From contig CAVYCR010000001.1 in the NCBI GenBank assembly GCA_963767115.1, forward strand, positions 2,430 to 66,429: DNA of 64,000 bases, in the 5' to 3' direction. The position numbers were made by a program, and so were the translations under genes. The notes beneath the pieces were generated by a model. It searched no databases. It was given only the letters and a program-made list of their open reading frames with translations, and was not told the DNA's origin. Positions 1 through 8,808 of this stretch are shown here, in pieces. The DNA comes from Candidatus Kaiserbacteria bacterium (GTDB lineage: Bacteria; Patescibacteriota; Minisyncoccia; Phycocordibacterales; UBA2100). How positions within the stretch are numbered: position 1 is the stretch's first letter; every line of letters begins with the position of its first letter.

Positions 1-76
1 TGTATTCATAGTCTTTGCCATGGAATTGCTTCTTATATGCTCCTGCGACAAAGTTGTCCTTGTGGTTTTTGTTCAT
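1..76 (-). CDS. hypothetical protein, N-terminal end only (gene runs off the left edge)
   Basis: A minus-strand ATG at 74-76 opens MNKNHKDNFVAGAYKKQFHGKDYEY and continues past position 1. The AT-rich upstream region holds two TTGCAATAT copies (81-89, 121-129). Confidence 0.3.
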   Translation of the reverse strand, partial: MNKNHKDNFVAGAYKKQFHGKDYEY

Positions 77-186
77 AAACTTGCAATATACATCTTTATA
101 TTATCAGAAAATCAATTAAGTTGCAATATGAATTTTTATATTATTAGTTGGCTTCGGGTGTATTTCCAACATGTCTTGCGAAGCGC

Positions 187-672
187 TTACTTCGAAAGCT
201 CCTGGAGCAGATCTTCGAGATCGAGCGGCTCCGTGACCATTTCCACCTGGCCGTCGTTCCCGACCTTCCACGTGTCGCGCGGACGATCGACATAGAGCTC
301 GACGCCATTGCCGTCGGGGTCGTCCAAATAAATCGCCTCTGATACGCCGTGATCCGCAGCGCCGGTGATTGGATACGTAGCGTCAACGAGATTCTGCAGG
401 GCCTGCGCGAGCTCGCGCCTATTCGGAAAGAGAATTGCAAAATGATACAGCCCTGCATGCCCTTTCGGCGCGGGCGTCGCGCCTTTGCCCTGCCAGGTAT
501 TCAAGCCGATATGGTGATGATACCCGCCCGCCGAAAGAAAGACGGCCGAATCACCGTAGCGGGCGGTGACCTCAAAGCCCAAAATATCGCGATAAAACCT
601 GAGCGATCGATCAAGATCGGCAACGTGTAAATGGACATGCCCAATCACCGTCTCTGCGTGCGCTTTTTTCAT
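187..672 (-). CDS. VOC/glyoxalase-family protein (catechol 2,3-dioxygenase-like fold)
   Basis: 161-aa ORF. HVHLHVADLDRSLRFYRDILGFEV and GHAGLYHFAILFP are typical of the vicinal-oxygen-chelate fold. Confidence 0.85.
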   Translation of the reverse strand: MKKAHAETVIGHVHLHVADLDRSLRFYRDILGFEVTARYGDSAVFLSAGGYHHHIGLNTWQGKGATPAPKGHAGLYHFAILFPNRRELAQALQNLVDATYPITGAADHGVSEAIYLDDPDGNGVELYVDRPRDTWKVGNDGQVEMVTEPLDLEDLLQELSK

Positions 673-771
673 TCTTCGATTGTATCAAATTGGTGAAATG
701 GTGGCTGACCACGTTTCTTTCGGGATTGATAAACACATTTCTCATATAAACGTCATGTACAATAAAATACC

Positions 772-1005
772 ATGATGAAGCTTCTGTTCCCGAAACACTT
801 TCAATATCGCCTTATGGAACGCGGTATAGATGTCGACCACGTGAAGCACGCAATCAGGGATCCTGACTTTACAGAGACAACATTTCAAGGTAGAATCTTA
901 GTACGAAAGGAAATCGACGAGAAGCGTGTAATAGAGGTTATATACTACAGACAAGGATTCAAGGGTGCGAACGATTACGTGATAATCACCGCCTATTACA
1001 AGTAA
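772..1005 (+). CDS. DUF4258-like small toxin-type protein
   Basis: 77 aa. The pattern HFQYRLMERGIDVDHVKHAI...VIYY....VITAY is typical of DUF4258. A DUF2283-like gene follows 11 nt downstream. Confidence 0.6.
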   Translation: MMKLLFPKHFQYRLMERGIDVDHVKHAIRDPDFTETTFQGRILVRKEIDEKRVIEVIYYRQGFKGANDYVIITAYYK

Positions 1006-1016
1006 AAACAACGAGT

Positions 1017-1256
1017 ATGGAAATCAACTACGACATCATGGCAGACGCGGTGTATATCGCTGTGAGCAAAGAAAAAATTGCTCGCACCATCAAGACCAAC
1101 GAACGTTTCTTGATCGACGTCGATGCCGCCGGTAACGCGGTAGGTTTCGAGATACTTGATGCCTCGTCCCAGCAAAATCTCGTTGAGAATCTCAAAAAGA
1201 ACGTCGGCAGCGGCGTCCCCGTATCCATTCAAGAAAGCACTCCGGTCATTGCGTAA
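1017..1256 (+). CDS. DUF2283-like small protein (putative antitoxin partner)
   Basis: 79 aa. MEINYDIMADAVYIAVSKEK...IDVDAAGNAVGFEILDAS matches the DUF2283 pattern. It is tightly linked to the upstream DUF4258-like gene. Confidence 0.6.
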   Translation: MEINYDIMADAVYIAVSKEKIARTIKTNERFLIDVDAAGNAVGFEILDASSQQNLVENLKKNVGSGVPVSIQESTPVIA

Positions 1257-1282
1257 AAATTACGACAGCAAAGAAATGACTC

Positions 1283-1310
1283 GAAAAGCCCGGTATACGC
1301 CGGGCTTTTC
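1283..1310. terminator. bidirectional hairpin terminator
   Basis: GAAAAGCCCGG-tatac-GCCGGGCTTTTC is a perfect stem flanked by an A-run and a T-run, lying between convergent genes. Confidence 0.6.
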
Positions 1311-1386
1311 AGTAAAACGCTTTGTGCAAAATCGATTGCTTGAGCGCCTTGAGATCCGTCGCCTGCTGCGCTTGTAGATCGCGGAA
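1309..1386 (-). pseudogene. relic C-terminal tail resembling a type I R-M specificity subunit (HsdS)
   Basis: Directly downstream of fic, one frame reads FRDLQAQQATDLKALKQSILHKAFY-stop, preceded by an in-frame TAA. LKQSILHKAF resembles the conserved HsdS C-terminal tail. Confidence 0.3.
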
Positions 1387-1431
1387 TTAAAGTGTGACTG
1401 TCCCACTTATCACAGTTTCGCTTCCATAGCA

Positions 1432-2001
1432 CTATTCTCTATAGAAATCCGGCTCTTCGTAATAGTACGACTGCTCTATACCTTTCATATATACCTCGCG
1501 ACTCTCGATATCATCGGTGAGGCCGCTCTTCAAAAGCTCTCGTATCTCAAGCGAATTGACGGGGCTGCGCTCCATCGCGTTCAAATAGCTCGCCTTGTCT
1601 ATGCGCGCCCAATCGATGCACATCTGCAGATTCTTCTTCAGCATCAGATCAAGCCACAAGCGCATAGAGCGGCCATTGCCCTCCATAAACGGATGCGCGA
1701 TGTTCATCTCGACGTATTTGTCGACGATATTCTCAAACGTCGCTTCAGGCATCCGCTCGATCTTCTCCAAGACCTCGGCAAGATACAGGTGCGAGGCAAA
1801 GCGAAAACCGCCCTTACTGATGTCTTTGGTACGGATCTTCCCGGCAAAATCATAGAGACCCTCAAAGAGATATGTGTGGATCTGCTGCAAACCGTGAGTC
1901 GTACCAACCTCAAGGCCAGCAAGCTCCGCGCTTCCAAAAAGCTTTTTTGCCCGCTCCAAACTCACCGCATCAATATCCGTCATAATCGCATTATACCACA
2001 A
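1432..2001 (-). CDS. fic: Fic family protein (AMPylase-type, about 190 aa)
   Basis: Carries the canonical Fic motif [10 protein letters not shown]. The C-terminal TDDIES lies close to the (S/T)xxxE(G/N) inhibitory motif. An alternative start is at 1983. Confidence 0.85.
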   Translation of the reverse strand: MWYNAIMTDIDAVSLERAKKLFGSAELAGLEVGTTHGLQQIHTYLFEGLYDFAGKIRTKDISKGGFRFASHLYLAEVLEKIERMPEATFENIVDKYVEMNIAHPFMEGNGRSMRLWLDLMLKKNLQMCIDWARIDKASYLNAMERSPVNSLEIRELLKSGLTDDIESREVYMKGIEQSYYYEEPDFYRE

Positions 2002-2192
2002 ACTTCATTTTATTTTAAGGTCTTATTTTTTACAGATTCCAATCGGCAGCAGAATATTTCACCACGAATTTCCAGATTTTGAGGGGCCTGACCCCAGCTT
2101 CCACGAGAGGGTCATACTTTTTTCCAATCCTAAACCGCCAACACCTCTTGCAAAACCGACGTTTGAGCACCTTGACTTTTAATATTCAATAG

Positions 2193-2777
2193 TTGACAGG
2201 TATCAAATATATATGCATGATGTCCCTCGGTACACAAGAAAGGAAAATGGCAATGACGGCAAACATCATCACCCTAGGTAGCGTACGTCGCAGCAAAGTT
2301 CGCTGCGTCGAAAACAAAGTCACCTTCCCCGTACTCTTCCGGATGACAGCTTTTTACTGGAATCTGGACGACGACTCGTGCATGAAGGATGCCCTTTTGA
2401 CCGACGATGCGAAACTTTCACCGGACACGGATCGGCCTTCGGGTCCGATCTACACGCTCGACAAGAGCACGGCCGCAGAATTTTACGCGCTTCCGACATG
2501 GATCGAGATTACGTGCCTCGATCCGGATATCGACGACGGCACAGTCATCGTTCGCCACCACGCTTCCGAGGAGGCGCTCGAAGCGTACACAGACGCAATA
2601 TGGGATACCGACGCCTATGATGAAAAAATCGAGGAGCGCTTCCAGGCGTTCAAGACAAGTCTCGGAATCTTCACAGTACTGCACCGTCGTTCCAAACCTG
2701 GAGGAGTCAATTGCGCGCTAGTCTTTACCACCAGACTTAAGCACCCAAGTCACGGTTACGTCCCGTGGCGGTTATGA
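2193..2777 (+). CDS. hypothetical protein
   Basis: 194-aa ORF with no recognisable motif. The start is uncertain because several in-frame Met codons exist. Its 3' end overlaps the MazG-like relic on the other strand. Confidence 0.35.
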   Translation: MTGIKYICMMSLGTQERKMAMTANIITLGSVRRSKVRCVENKVTFPVLFRMTAFYWNLDDDSCMKDALLTDDAKLSPDTDRPSGPIYTLDKSTAAEFYALPTWIEITCLDPDIDDGTVIVRHHASEEALEAYTDAIWDTDAYDEKIEERFQAFKTSLGIFTVLHRRSKPGGVNCALVFTTRLKHPSHGYVPWRL

Positions 2778-2863
2778 AACTGCTTCCAATCCCGCGCATC
2801 ACGGAATTTTATGACTGCCTTTTGAAGGTCTTCGAGGGTCTTTTGGGGTCGTTTTGTAGCCAT
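2756..2863 (-). pseudogene. truncated MazG-like nucleotide pyrophosphohydrolase (N-terminal 35 codons only)
   Basis: MATKRPQKTLEDLQKAVIKFRDARDWKQFHN matches the conserved N-terminus of small MazG-type NTP pyrophosphohydrolases, then stops after 35 aa. Confidence 0.4.
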
Positions 2864-3012
2864 ATCATTCAAGCCCCTCAATGCTAGCAAAAAATGGTAC
2901 CTGACACCATTTCCCCATTTCCTTCAATACTTTTTTGAAAATGCATTACTTTAGTAACCCTTTATAAACAGGGTAGGCATCGAGTACGATTTTCTTCCAC
3001 TGAGCCGTTTCA

Positions 3013-3627
3013 TTACCTCCCGCAAAATCCGTCTTGCTGTACACCATCCGACGGATTGACTTTGTACATCATCTTGCCGAGCTTTTGCGCCGTTGCGGTC
3101 TTGAGCCTTTTGACCTGCTCATTTTCCTTCTCCCCACTCTTGCCATAGAGCCAGATCGTCGCCTCTTTGTTGCCTGCCCACTCGTATTCGCGCAGGAGCA
3201 GGATCTGATCGAGCAAGTCGGCGTCTTTGGAGATGATCGCCTCCTTGCTCTCTCGCTCATCGTATTCGTCGACGAAGTCTTTGAGCTCCGGGTACGGCAA
3301 CTGCCCTAGTTGATCTTCGTGAATCTCATCTTCAAAAATCTTTATGTATTTCTTGTGGATCCAATTGTGGTCGTTGCTGCGCGCTTCGGCCATGTCGTGC
3401 AAGAGGCTCATCATCACCGTCTTGTACGGATCGGCTCGCTCTTCTTTGGCAATGAACCAGCCTATGATCGCGACGCGGTACGAGTGCGAGGCGATACTGT
3501 CAGACATATCGTCGGTGAGAAGTGCCTGACGATGCATACGCATGATCTTCCTCATCGTGCCGACTTCGTAGAGGAAGTTGACGATCTTTTCTTGGCTCTG
3601 CCTTTTGATCTTTTTCTTGGCCGCCAT
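3013..3627 (-). CDS. HD-domain phosphohydrolase (YfbR/5'-nucleotidase-like)
   Basis: HSYRVAIIG ... LLHDMAEARSNDH gives the H...HD...D metal-binding pattern. The start is taken at MAAKKK (3627) rather than the longer ORF. Confidence 0.75.
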   Translation of the reverse strand: MAAKKKIKRQSQEKIVNFLYEVGTMRKIMRMHRQALLTDDMSDSIASHSYRVAIIGWFIAKEERADPYKTVMMSLLHDMAEARSNDHNWIHKKYIKIFEDEIHEDQLGQLPYPELKDFVDEYDERESKEAIISKDADLLDQILLLREYEWAGNKEATIWLYGKSGEKENEQVKRLKTATAQKLGKMMYKVNPSDGVQQDGFCGR

Positions 3628-3811
3628 AGGTGCACGATACCAAAGATGAAGAAGGCCTACCAGTCCAAGTGACATAATATGGGAGACCGATTGTACGACT
3701 TTACAATCCCCGAAATAATGCAATTATTGATTTTCAAAGGCTCTTTGACAGCCGCTTGAAAACATCAGTGGGAGGATTTTCCTAGTCTCCAACCCAGATC
3801 TCGAGGAGTAT

Positions 3812-4228
3812 GTGATGAGAACTTCACTTATGCTCTGTGCACTCGCCGCCGCTTTGGTTGACAGTCCCGCACTCGCGGCACCACCTTCGCCAGACACCGT
3901 CTATAGCAGCCCCATAGGAACCTTCGATTGGGGCTGCAATGATCGGTCCCAAATGCAGCAGCTGGTGGCTGCAGTGAAGGATGGCCCGGAGGCCGTAAAC
4001 GCAACTGCTTACGAGGCAAAATGCGAGCGGACGCAATCGAGGATGGTACGGGTCGGTGAATCGATCGACTATGATGTCATTCCGACAAACAAAGGCCAGC
4101 GCGTGCATGCGTGGGCTTTCTGGGTTGATGTACCACAAGGCGGACACCTCACCCGCCGCCTCCTCTTTCACTGGGAATTGATGTACCAGCCACCTTCTGA
4201 CGGACAAGCGCTTGGTAGTCCAACCTAA
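3812..4228 (+). CDS. secreted hypothetical protein
   Basis: The N-terminal signal peptide is MMRTSLMLCALAAALVDSPALAAPP. No family was recognised. Confidence 0.5.
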   Translation: MMRTSLMLCALAAALVDSPALAAPPSPDTVYSSPIGTFDWGCNDRSQMQQLVAAVKDGPEAVNATAYEAKCERTQSRMVRVGESIDYDVIPTNKGQRVHAWAFWVDVPQGGHLTRRLLFHWELMYQPPSDGQALGSPT

Positions 4229-4258
4229 CATCTACGGGCCGCCTCTCAAGGCGGCCTT

Positions 4259-5260
4259 TTAGTTGCTGCCATCGAGCAGCGCGGTGATGAGATCGCTGTA
4301 GGAGATCCCCAGCTCCGCGATGAGCTTGGGGTACATCGAGATGTTGGTGAAGCCGGGCAGTGTGTTGATCTCGTTGAGGATGAAATGACCTTGCTCGTCT
4401 AGGAAGTAATCGATGCGCGCGAGGCCACTGCATTCTAGTACCGTGAATATTTTCTTCGACAGTTCCTGAATCTCCTCGATTTTCTCGGCTGATATATCTT
4501 GCGCCGGGATACATGTCTTCGATCCTTCGCTATCGAAATACTTCGCATCGTAATCATAAAACTCATGGCTGCCGGTGGGGACTACTTCGCCCGGCGGCGA
4601 TGCCTGCAAATTGCCCACTGAACTACTGCATCCGAGCACCGCGACTTCGAGTTCCCTTCCCCGCACCGCCTTCTCAATGATCACCTTCGTATCGTATGTA
4701 AATGCCGCATCGATCGCAGCGAGTAATTCATTCGCATCCTTTGCGCGTGTAATGCCGATCGAGGAGCCGAGATTGGCCGGCTTCACAAAAGCTGGTAATC
4801 CAAGCTCGCTTTCAACCTTTTGCGCAATACTTCCCTTTAACGACTCATATTCATGAGCACGAATCGTGATCCAATCAGTGACGAGGATGCCGTGCGAACG
4901 CGCGAGCTGCTTCTGTACGTCCTTGTCCATGCAGAGAGCCGAGCCGAGTACCTTGGAGCCGACATACTTCACGCCGAGCGTCTCGAAGAAACCTTGCATC
5001 GCACCGTCTTCACAATGCGGCCCGTGCATCACGGGGAAAGCGACATCAATGCCTTTCCAAAAACTGATTTCAACGGTTTCACCCTCGGTATCTCCCACAT
5101 TCTTTACGCATGCAAATTCCCCGCTCTCGTTTTGATACACCAGCTCGAGGTCGAAGCGTGCGCGGTCGATAGCAGCCGCCACGTTTTTGGCCGACATGAG
5201 AGAGACCTCATGCTCAGCCGAGCGTCCGCCGAAAACGAGTGCGACTCTCTTCTTAATCAT
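4259..5260 (-). CDS. ddl: D-alanine--D-alanine ligase
   Basis: 333 aa. VALVFGGRSAEHEVSLMSA, the ATP-grasp core and NEINTLPGFT are all present. Confidence 0.95.
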   Translation of the reverse strand: MIKKRVALVFGGRSAEHEVSLMSAKNVAAAIDRARFDLELVYQNESGEFACVKNVGDTEGETVEISFWKGIDVAFPVMHGPHCEDGAMQGFFETLGVKYVGSKVLGSALCMDKDVQKQLARSHGILVTDWITIRAHEYESLKGSIAQKVESELGLPAFVKPANLGSSIGITRAKDANELLAAIDAAFTYDTKVIIEKAVRGRELEVAVLGCSSSVGNLQASPPGEVVPTGSHEFYDYDAKYFDSEGSKTCIPAQDISAEKIEEIQELSKKIFTVLECSGLARIDYFLDEQGHFILNEINTLPGFTNISMYPKLIAELGISYSDLITALLDGSN

Positions 5261-5280
5261 TATCCGATACTAGCACAAGC

Positions 5281-5311
5281 AAAACCCGCACATCGCTGCG
5301 CGGGTCTTTTT
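5281..5311 (-). terminator. hairpin terminator (copy A of a duplicated terminator)
   Basis: On the minus strand it reads ACCCGCGCA-gcga-TGTGCGGGT followed by TTTTGCTTG. A near-identical copy lies at 5860-5890. Confidence 0.55.
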
Positions 5312-5319
5312 ATTTGGTG

Positions 5320-5784
5320 TCACACCACTTGTCCGAGGAGCACATTGGTGCCAGCGAGCAGGTCGTTGGGTGCAAAGACGAAGAGCCATGCACTACTCGA
5401 CCCACTGGCGCATGCAAGGATTTCGGACAGTTCGTCCCACTCTGCAGGCCGGAACGTGCGGTCCCTTTTCTCGACAGCTATGTCGCGAGAGATATCGGGA
5501 GAATCACTGTAGATGTCTCGCAAACACCGTACCGCACAGTTTCGCGCTTTGTACTTCAGAGCGAGAGCCTTTCGCAAGAAGCGACGACTTCGCCAATTGA
5601 GCCACCGGCGAGGCAAGACCTGGCGGATTGCGGAGACCGTCTTGCAACGTGGCATTGCGCCCGACAATACGAGTGAGCACGCCCGTCGTGTCAAAGAAAC
5701 GGACAGTGGTCTTGGTGCGCGGGTAGCCGTCTTCACCTTCTATGGCGCCGTGGAAGAATTCGGCCTGTACGACGTTCGACATTG
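5320..5784 (-). pseudogene. hypothetical gene, apparently frameshifted
   Basis: The N-terminal frame (MSNVVQAEFFHGAIEGEDGYPRTKTT...) and the C-terminal frame (...RDIYSDSPDISRDIAVEKRDRTFRPAEWDELSEIL...WLFVFAPNDLL) overlap around 5600-5660. Neither frame alone spans the interval. Confidence 0.3.
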
Positions 5785-5859
5785 TTGAGTCTCCTCTGTT
5801 GGGATTCCTTCGCCACCTTACTGTATGGTCAAGCAAGAGTAAAGGCGATATGCCAAGCA

Positions 5860-5890
5860 AAAACCCGCACAGCGATGCGCGGGTTTTTAG
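5860..5890 (-). terminator. hairpin terminator (copy B)
   Basis: On the minus strand it reads ACCCGCGCA-tcgc-TGTGCGGGT followed by TTTTTGCTTGG. Stem and tail match copy A, but the 4-nt loop is reverse-complemented. Confidence 0.55.
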
Positions 5891-5905
5891 GGTCGCATTT
5901 GGCGC

Positions 5906-6112
5906 TCAATGAGCGCCGACTTCTTGATTGATTGCATCGCAGTACACACTCGCCGCACCTTCTTCGATTAGCCTGACGGCAACCAAGGCAGAGAAGTCTG
6001 AAGCCTTACCATCTGGTTCGGCTGGTCCCTCTGTGCCGCCGATGACGAGGTCGTCGATAGTTGCAATAGCGATCGAGGTACCGACCAAGGGCCGTCTGGG
6101 ATCATAATTCAT
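5906..6112 (-). CDS. small hypothetical protein (68 aa)
   Basis: The ATG at 6112 is preceded by a GGAGGAG Shine-Dalgarno sequence. It sits just downstream of the 6165-6809 gene and is followed by terminator copy B. Confidence 0.45.
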   Translation of the reverse strand: MNYDPRRPLVGTSIAIATIDDLVIGGTEGPAEPDGKASDFSALVAVRLIEEGAASVYCDAINQEVGAH

Positions 6113-6164
6113 AGTTACGTCTCCTCCTCTTCCACAAACAGCATACCTTAAAGATATGAAGATG

Positions 6165-6809
6165 TCACGAAGATCCTTTTTCTGTATGAGTCTGGCAGAC
6201 GAGGCGACAACCCTCAGCATCTTTAATGAAATGTAGTGCGAGTTCAGAGCCGCAGATAGAACAAGCGCCGCGCGAAGCCTGCCATGCCGCGAGCTTGTCA
6301 GGAAGCGCGATCATGCGTTCGATACCGTAGAGATCAGCAAGGTCGCCCTTCGGCAGAAGAGAGAATTTGAATACCTTGCGGCCGGCCTCTTCGACATACT
6401 GCGCGTCGACAAGACTGAAGAGACCCTTGTCGTACCAGACGCCCGCGTCGAGCCATTCGTATACCTGTATTTCCAATGCTTCGCGCTTGCCGTCTTTGAA
6501 GGCATTCGCCTCTTTGAAGAACTTGCCGTTGTCGCTCAAGATCCCCTCTTCTTTGTACATCGGCTGGTCAACCTTCTTCCTGTCTTTGCCGGCGCTCGTC
6601 GCGTCGTGCCCGTCGTATACCACTAGTCCTGTATGCGGATCGAGGTGCTCAGCATGCGAAGCGACCGACATGAGGAAGAGCGACGGGCGGTCGTCGTAGC
6701 GGATATTCATACCCTTGCTCACGCTCGTGCCCTCGCGGAGCATCAGCTCGCTTTGCGAAATGATATGTGAACGATCAGGATCGTCCGCTATGTCGCCGAG
6801 GAAGTTCAT
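6165..6809 (-). CDS. hypothetical protein with a PUA/SRA(YDG)-like core and a C-terminal Cys/His cluster
   Basis: The pattern GLVVYDGHDA...VYEWLDAGVWYDKGLFSLVDAQYVEE resembles SRA/PUA-like folds. The C-terminal CSICGSELALHFIKDAEGCRLVCQTH resembles a degenerate HNH or zinc ribbon. Confidence 0.5.
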   Translation of the reverse strand: MNFLGDIADDPDRSHIISQSELMLREGTSVSKGMNIRYDDRPSLFLMSVASHAEHLDPHTGLVVYDGHDATSAGKDRKKVDQPMYKEEGILSDNGKFFKEANAFKDGKREALEIQVYEWLDAGVWYDKGLFSLVDAQYVEEAGRKVFKFSLLPKGDLADLYGIERMIALPDKLAAWQASRGACSICGSELALHFIKDAEGCRLVCQTHTEKGSS

Positions 6810-6811
6810 CG

Positions 6812-8524
6812 TTACATCTTCTCCGGCGTAGGTATACCGAGGAGCCCGAGACCAGTTTTGAGTGTCTTTGAAACAGCTTCAACGACCCCTACCTTATGCG
6901 GCTCCTGTGGAGATTGGTCGAGGATTTGAACTTGCGCATACCAGGAGTTGTAGGTGCTCGCTATCAAGATGAGATAGGTCGCCAAATAATGCGGCTCGTA
7001 TTCGGCGGCGGCTCGCGCGACTATTTCAGGGAATCGCACGAGGAGGCGTGTAAGCTCGCTTGGCGTGGCTGATGAATCGAGTTTTGCTTTTATGCCATTT
7101 TCTTTTGCACGCGCAATGATCGCACTCGTGCGCGCATAGGCATATTGCAGATACGGTCCGGAATCCCCTTCGAGCGACAGTGCTCGTTCACGGTCGAAGA
7201 TGATGTCCTTGCCAGCAGCCTGTTTGAGAATTTGATATTTGATAGCACCAACGGCGATTTGTTGTGCGAGCAGGTCATGATCTTCTGCACGACTTTCGCT
7301 CGCGCGCCCCTTGGCAGCTTCTGAGAGCTCGGATATAAGTGACTCTCCAGTAATAATAGAGCCTGTACGCGAGCTCATTTTGCCCGTCGGCAATTTCATA
7401 ATTCCATGACTTACATGCACGAGCTCTGCTGCAATTTCTGGATAGATAAGTCCGAGCGCTGTTTTAATCACTTTGAAATATTCTGTGATTTCGTTTGCGG
7501 TCTCGATAATGAGCTTAGTCGTCTCGGGATGTAACTCTTTTTTAAGCTTTTCCAATCCAAGCTCTTTGGCTTCATAGGTTGGCAGGCCTTTGGCATTGAT
7601 GAACACACGCGTATGCAAACCGTATTCTTCGCCCTTGAATATTCGTGCACCGTCTGACTCAGGGAAAATCTCTGGATGAGCCACCACGATCTGCGTGCCT
7701 ATTGGTCCGGTCTCGCTCTCGAAAAAGTAATGATCGAAGTTCGTCCCAAGAATCTTATAAATATCTTCAAAATGTTCGAGGCTTGCGTGCTTTCCCCAAT
7801 CATATAAGTTACTTACTTCCTGATTACTTTTCTCATAAATAATTTTATTCAATGTATCAATCTGCTCTTTCACTTCGGGGTTGGTTTCATATGCATGGGC
7901 TCCTGCGGCATAAGAGGCACCAAGGAATTGAGCTTTATCAATTGTTTCTTTGAAATCGGAGAGCGTAGTCTGTGTAAGCATTACCTGCATACCATGTATT
8001 GCCTTTGCAACATGTAAGCCGACATCACCCTGATAGTTCACGCGAATTACTTTTGCGCCAGATGATTCGATGAGACGCGAAAGAGATTCGCCAATAACAC
8101 TACCCATGAGATGACCGACGTGAAATTCTTTGAATGGGTTCGGCTGAGAATACTCAACCATAATAGTCTCACTTGTGAGCGAATTATTCTTTCCCCAATT
8201 ACTGTCTGAGCGTGCTTCTTCGAGGCCTGCTGCAACAGCTTCTGGAGCAAGCGTGAAATTGATGAATCCAGGGCCGGCGATCTCGACCTTCTCGACGCCA
8301 TCGATCGCACCGAGCTTGGTCACGATCTCCTGTGCCAAATCCCGGGGATTCTTGCCCAGCTGCTTTGCGTACTTGAGCGCGATGCCAGTCGCATAATCAC
8401 CATGGCTCATTTCGGCCGGATACTCGATCGGATAGGTATAGAAACCATAATCGACGCCGAGCGCCTTCAGCGCATCAGCGAGCTTGACCTCTATGATGTC
8501 GCGGGTCCGCGAGGATGTCTCCAT
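6812..8524 (-). CDS. argS: arginine--tRNA ligase
   Basis: 570 aa with a class I HIGH motif (HVGHLMG), the ArgRS N-terminal domain and the anticodon-binding C-terminus (YLQYAYAR). Confidence 0.95.
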   Translation of the reverse strand: METSSRTRDIIEVKLADALKALGVDYGFYTYPIEYPAEMSHGDYATGIALKYAKQLGKNPRDLAQEIVTKLGAIDGVEKVEIAGPGFINFTLAPEAVAAGLEEARSDSNWGKNNSLTSETIMVEYSQPNPFKEFHVGHLMGSVIGESLSRLIESSGAKVIRVNYQGDVGLHVAKAIHGMQVMLTQTTLSDFKETIDKAQFLGASYAAGAHAYETNPEVKEQIDTLNKIIYEKSNQEVSNLYDWGKHASLEHFEDIYKILGTNFDHYFFESETGPIGTQIVVAHPEIFPESDGARIFKGEEYGLHTRVFINAKGLPTYEAKELGLEKLKKELHPETTKLIIETANEITEYFKVIKTALGLIYPEIAAELVHVSHGIMKLPTGKMSSRTGSIITGESLISELSEAAKGRASESRAEDHDLLAQQIAVGAIKYQILKQAAGKDIIFDRERALSLEGDSGPYLQYAYARTSAIIARAKENGIKAKLDSSATPSELTRLLVRFPEIVARAAAEYEPHYLATYLILIASTYNSWYAQVQILDQSPQEPHKVGVVEAVSKTLKTGLGLLGIPTPEKM

Positions 8525-8728
8525 GGCCGCATTGTAGCAGCGAGAGCAGAATTTGGCATTCTTGCCGTCGGGGTGTATGTTTGGTAAGGCTGCTGGAGAG
8601 TTCCCGCATTCCTCCCACGGGAACCCTACACACCGCGGAGCATCTCCAACGAGAGCTCCGCATTTTCTTTCCCTGTTCTCGCATACCCGGCTTGCCTTGC
8701 GCGGCTACGAAGAGATCGCGCTTTCCGG

Positions 8729-8759
8729 ACCACTCCGTCATCGAGTGGTTTTTTATTTT
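8729..8759 (+). terminator. plus-strand intrinsic terminator with no upstream CDS
   Basis: ACCACTC-cgtcatc-GAGTGGT is followed by TTTTTTATTTT. It lies 50 nt upstream of the 8809 start codon. Confidence 0.6.
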
Positions 8760-8808
8760 GGTACTGCTATAGTCGCGTAAGTATCAACCGTACTTTGGGA
8801 GAACACAC

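Noticed and set aside
8525-8760. T-box leader for argS on the minus strand, or a TPP, ZTP or ykkC riboswitch.
   Set aside because: GGAGUGGUCCGG vaguely resembles the T-box core, but it lies at the distal end of the leader with no following terminator on that strand. UAGGGUUCCC and ACCGCGGAGC only partly resemble the ykkC and ZTP cores, and the other conserved blocks are missing.
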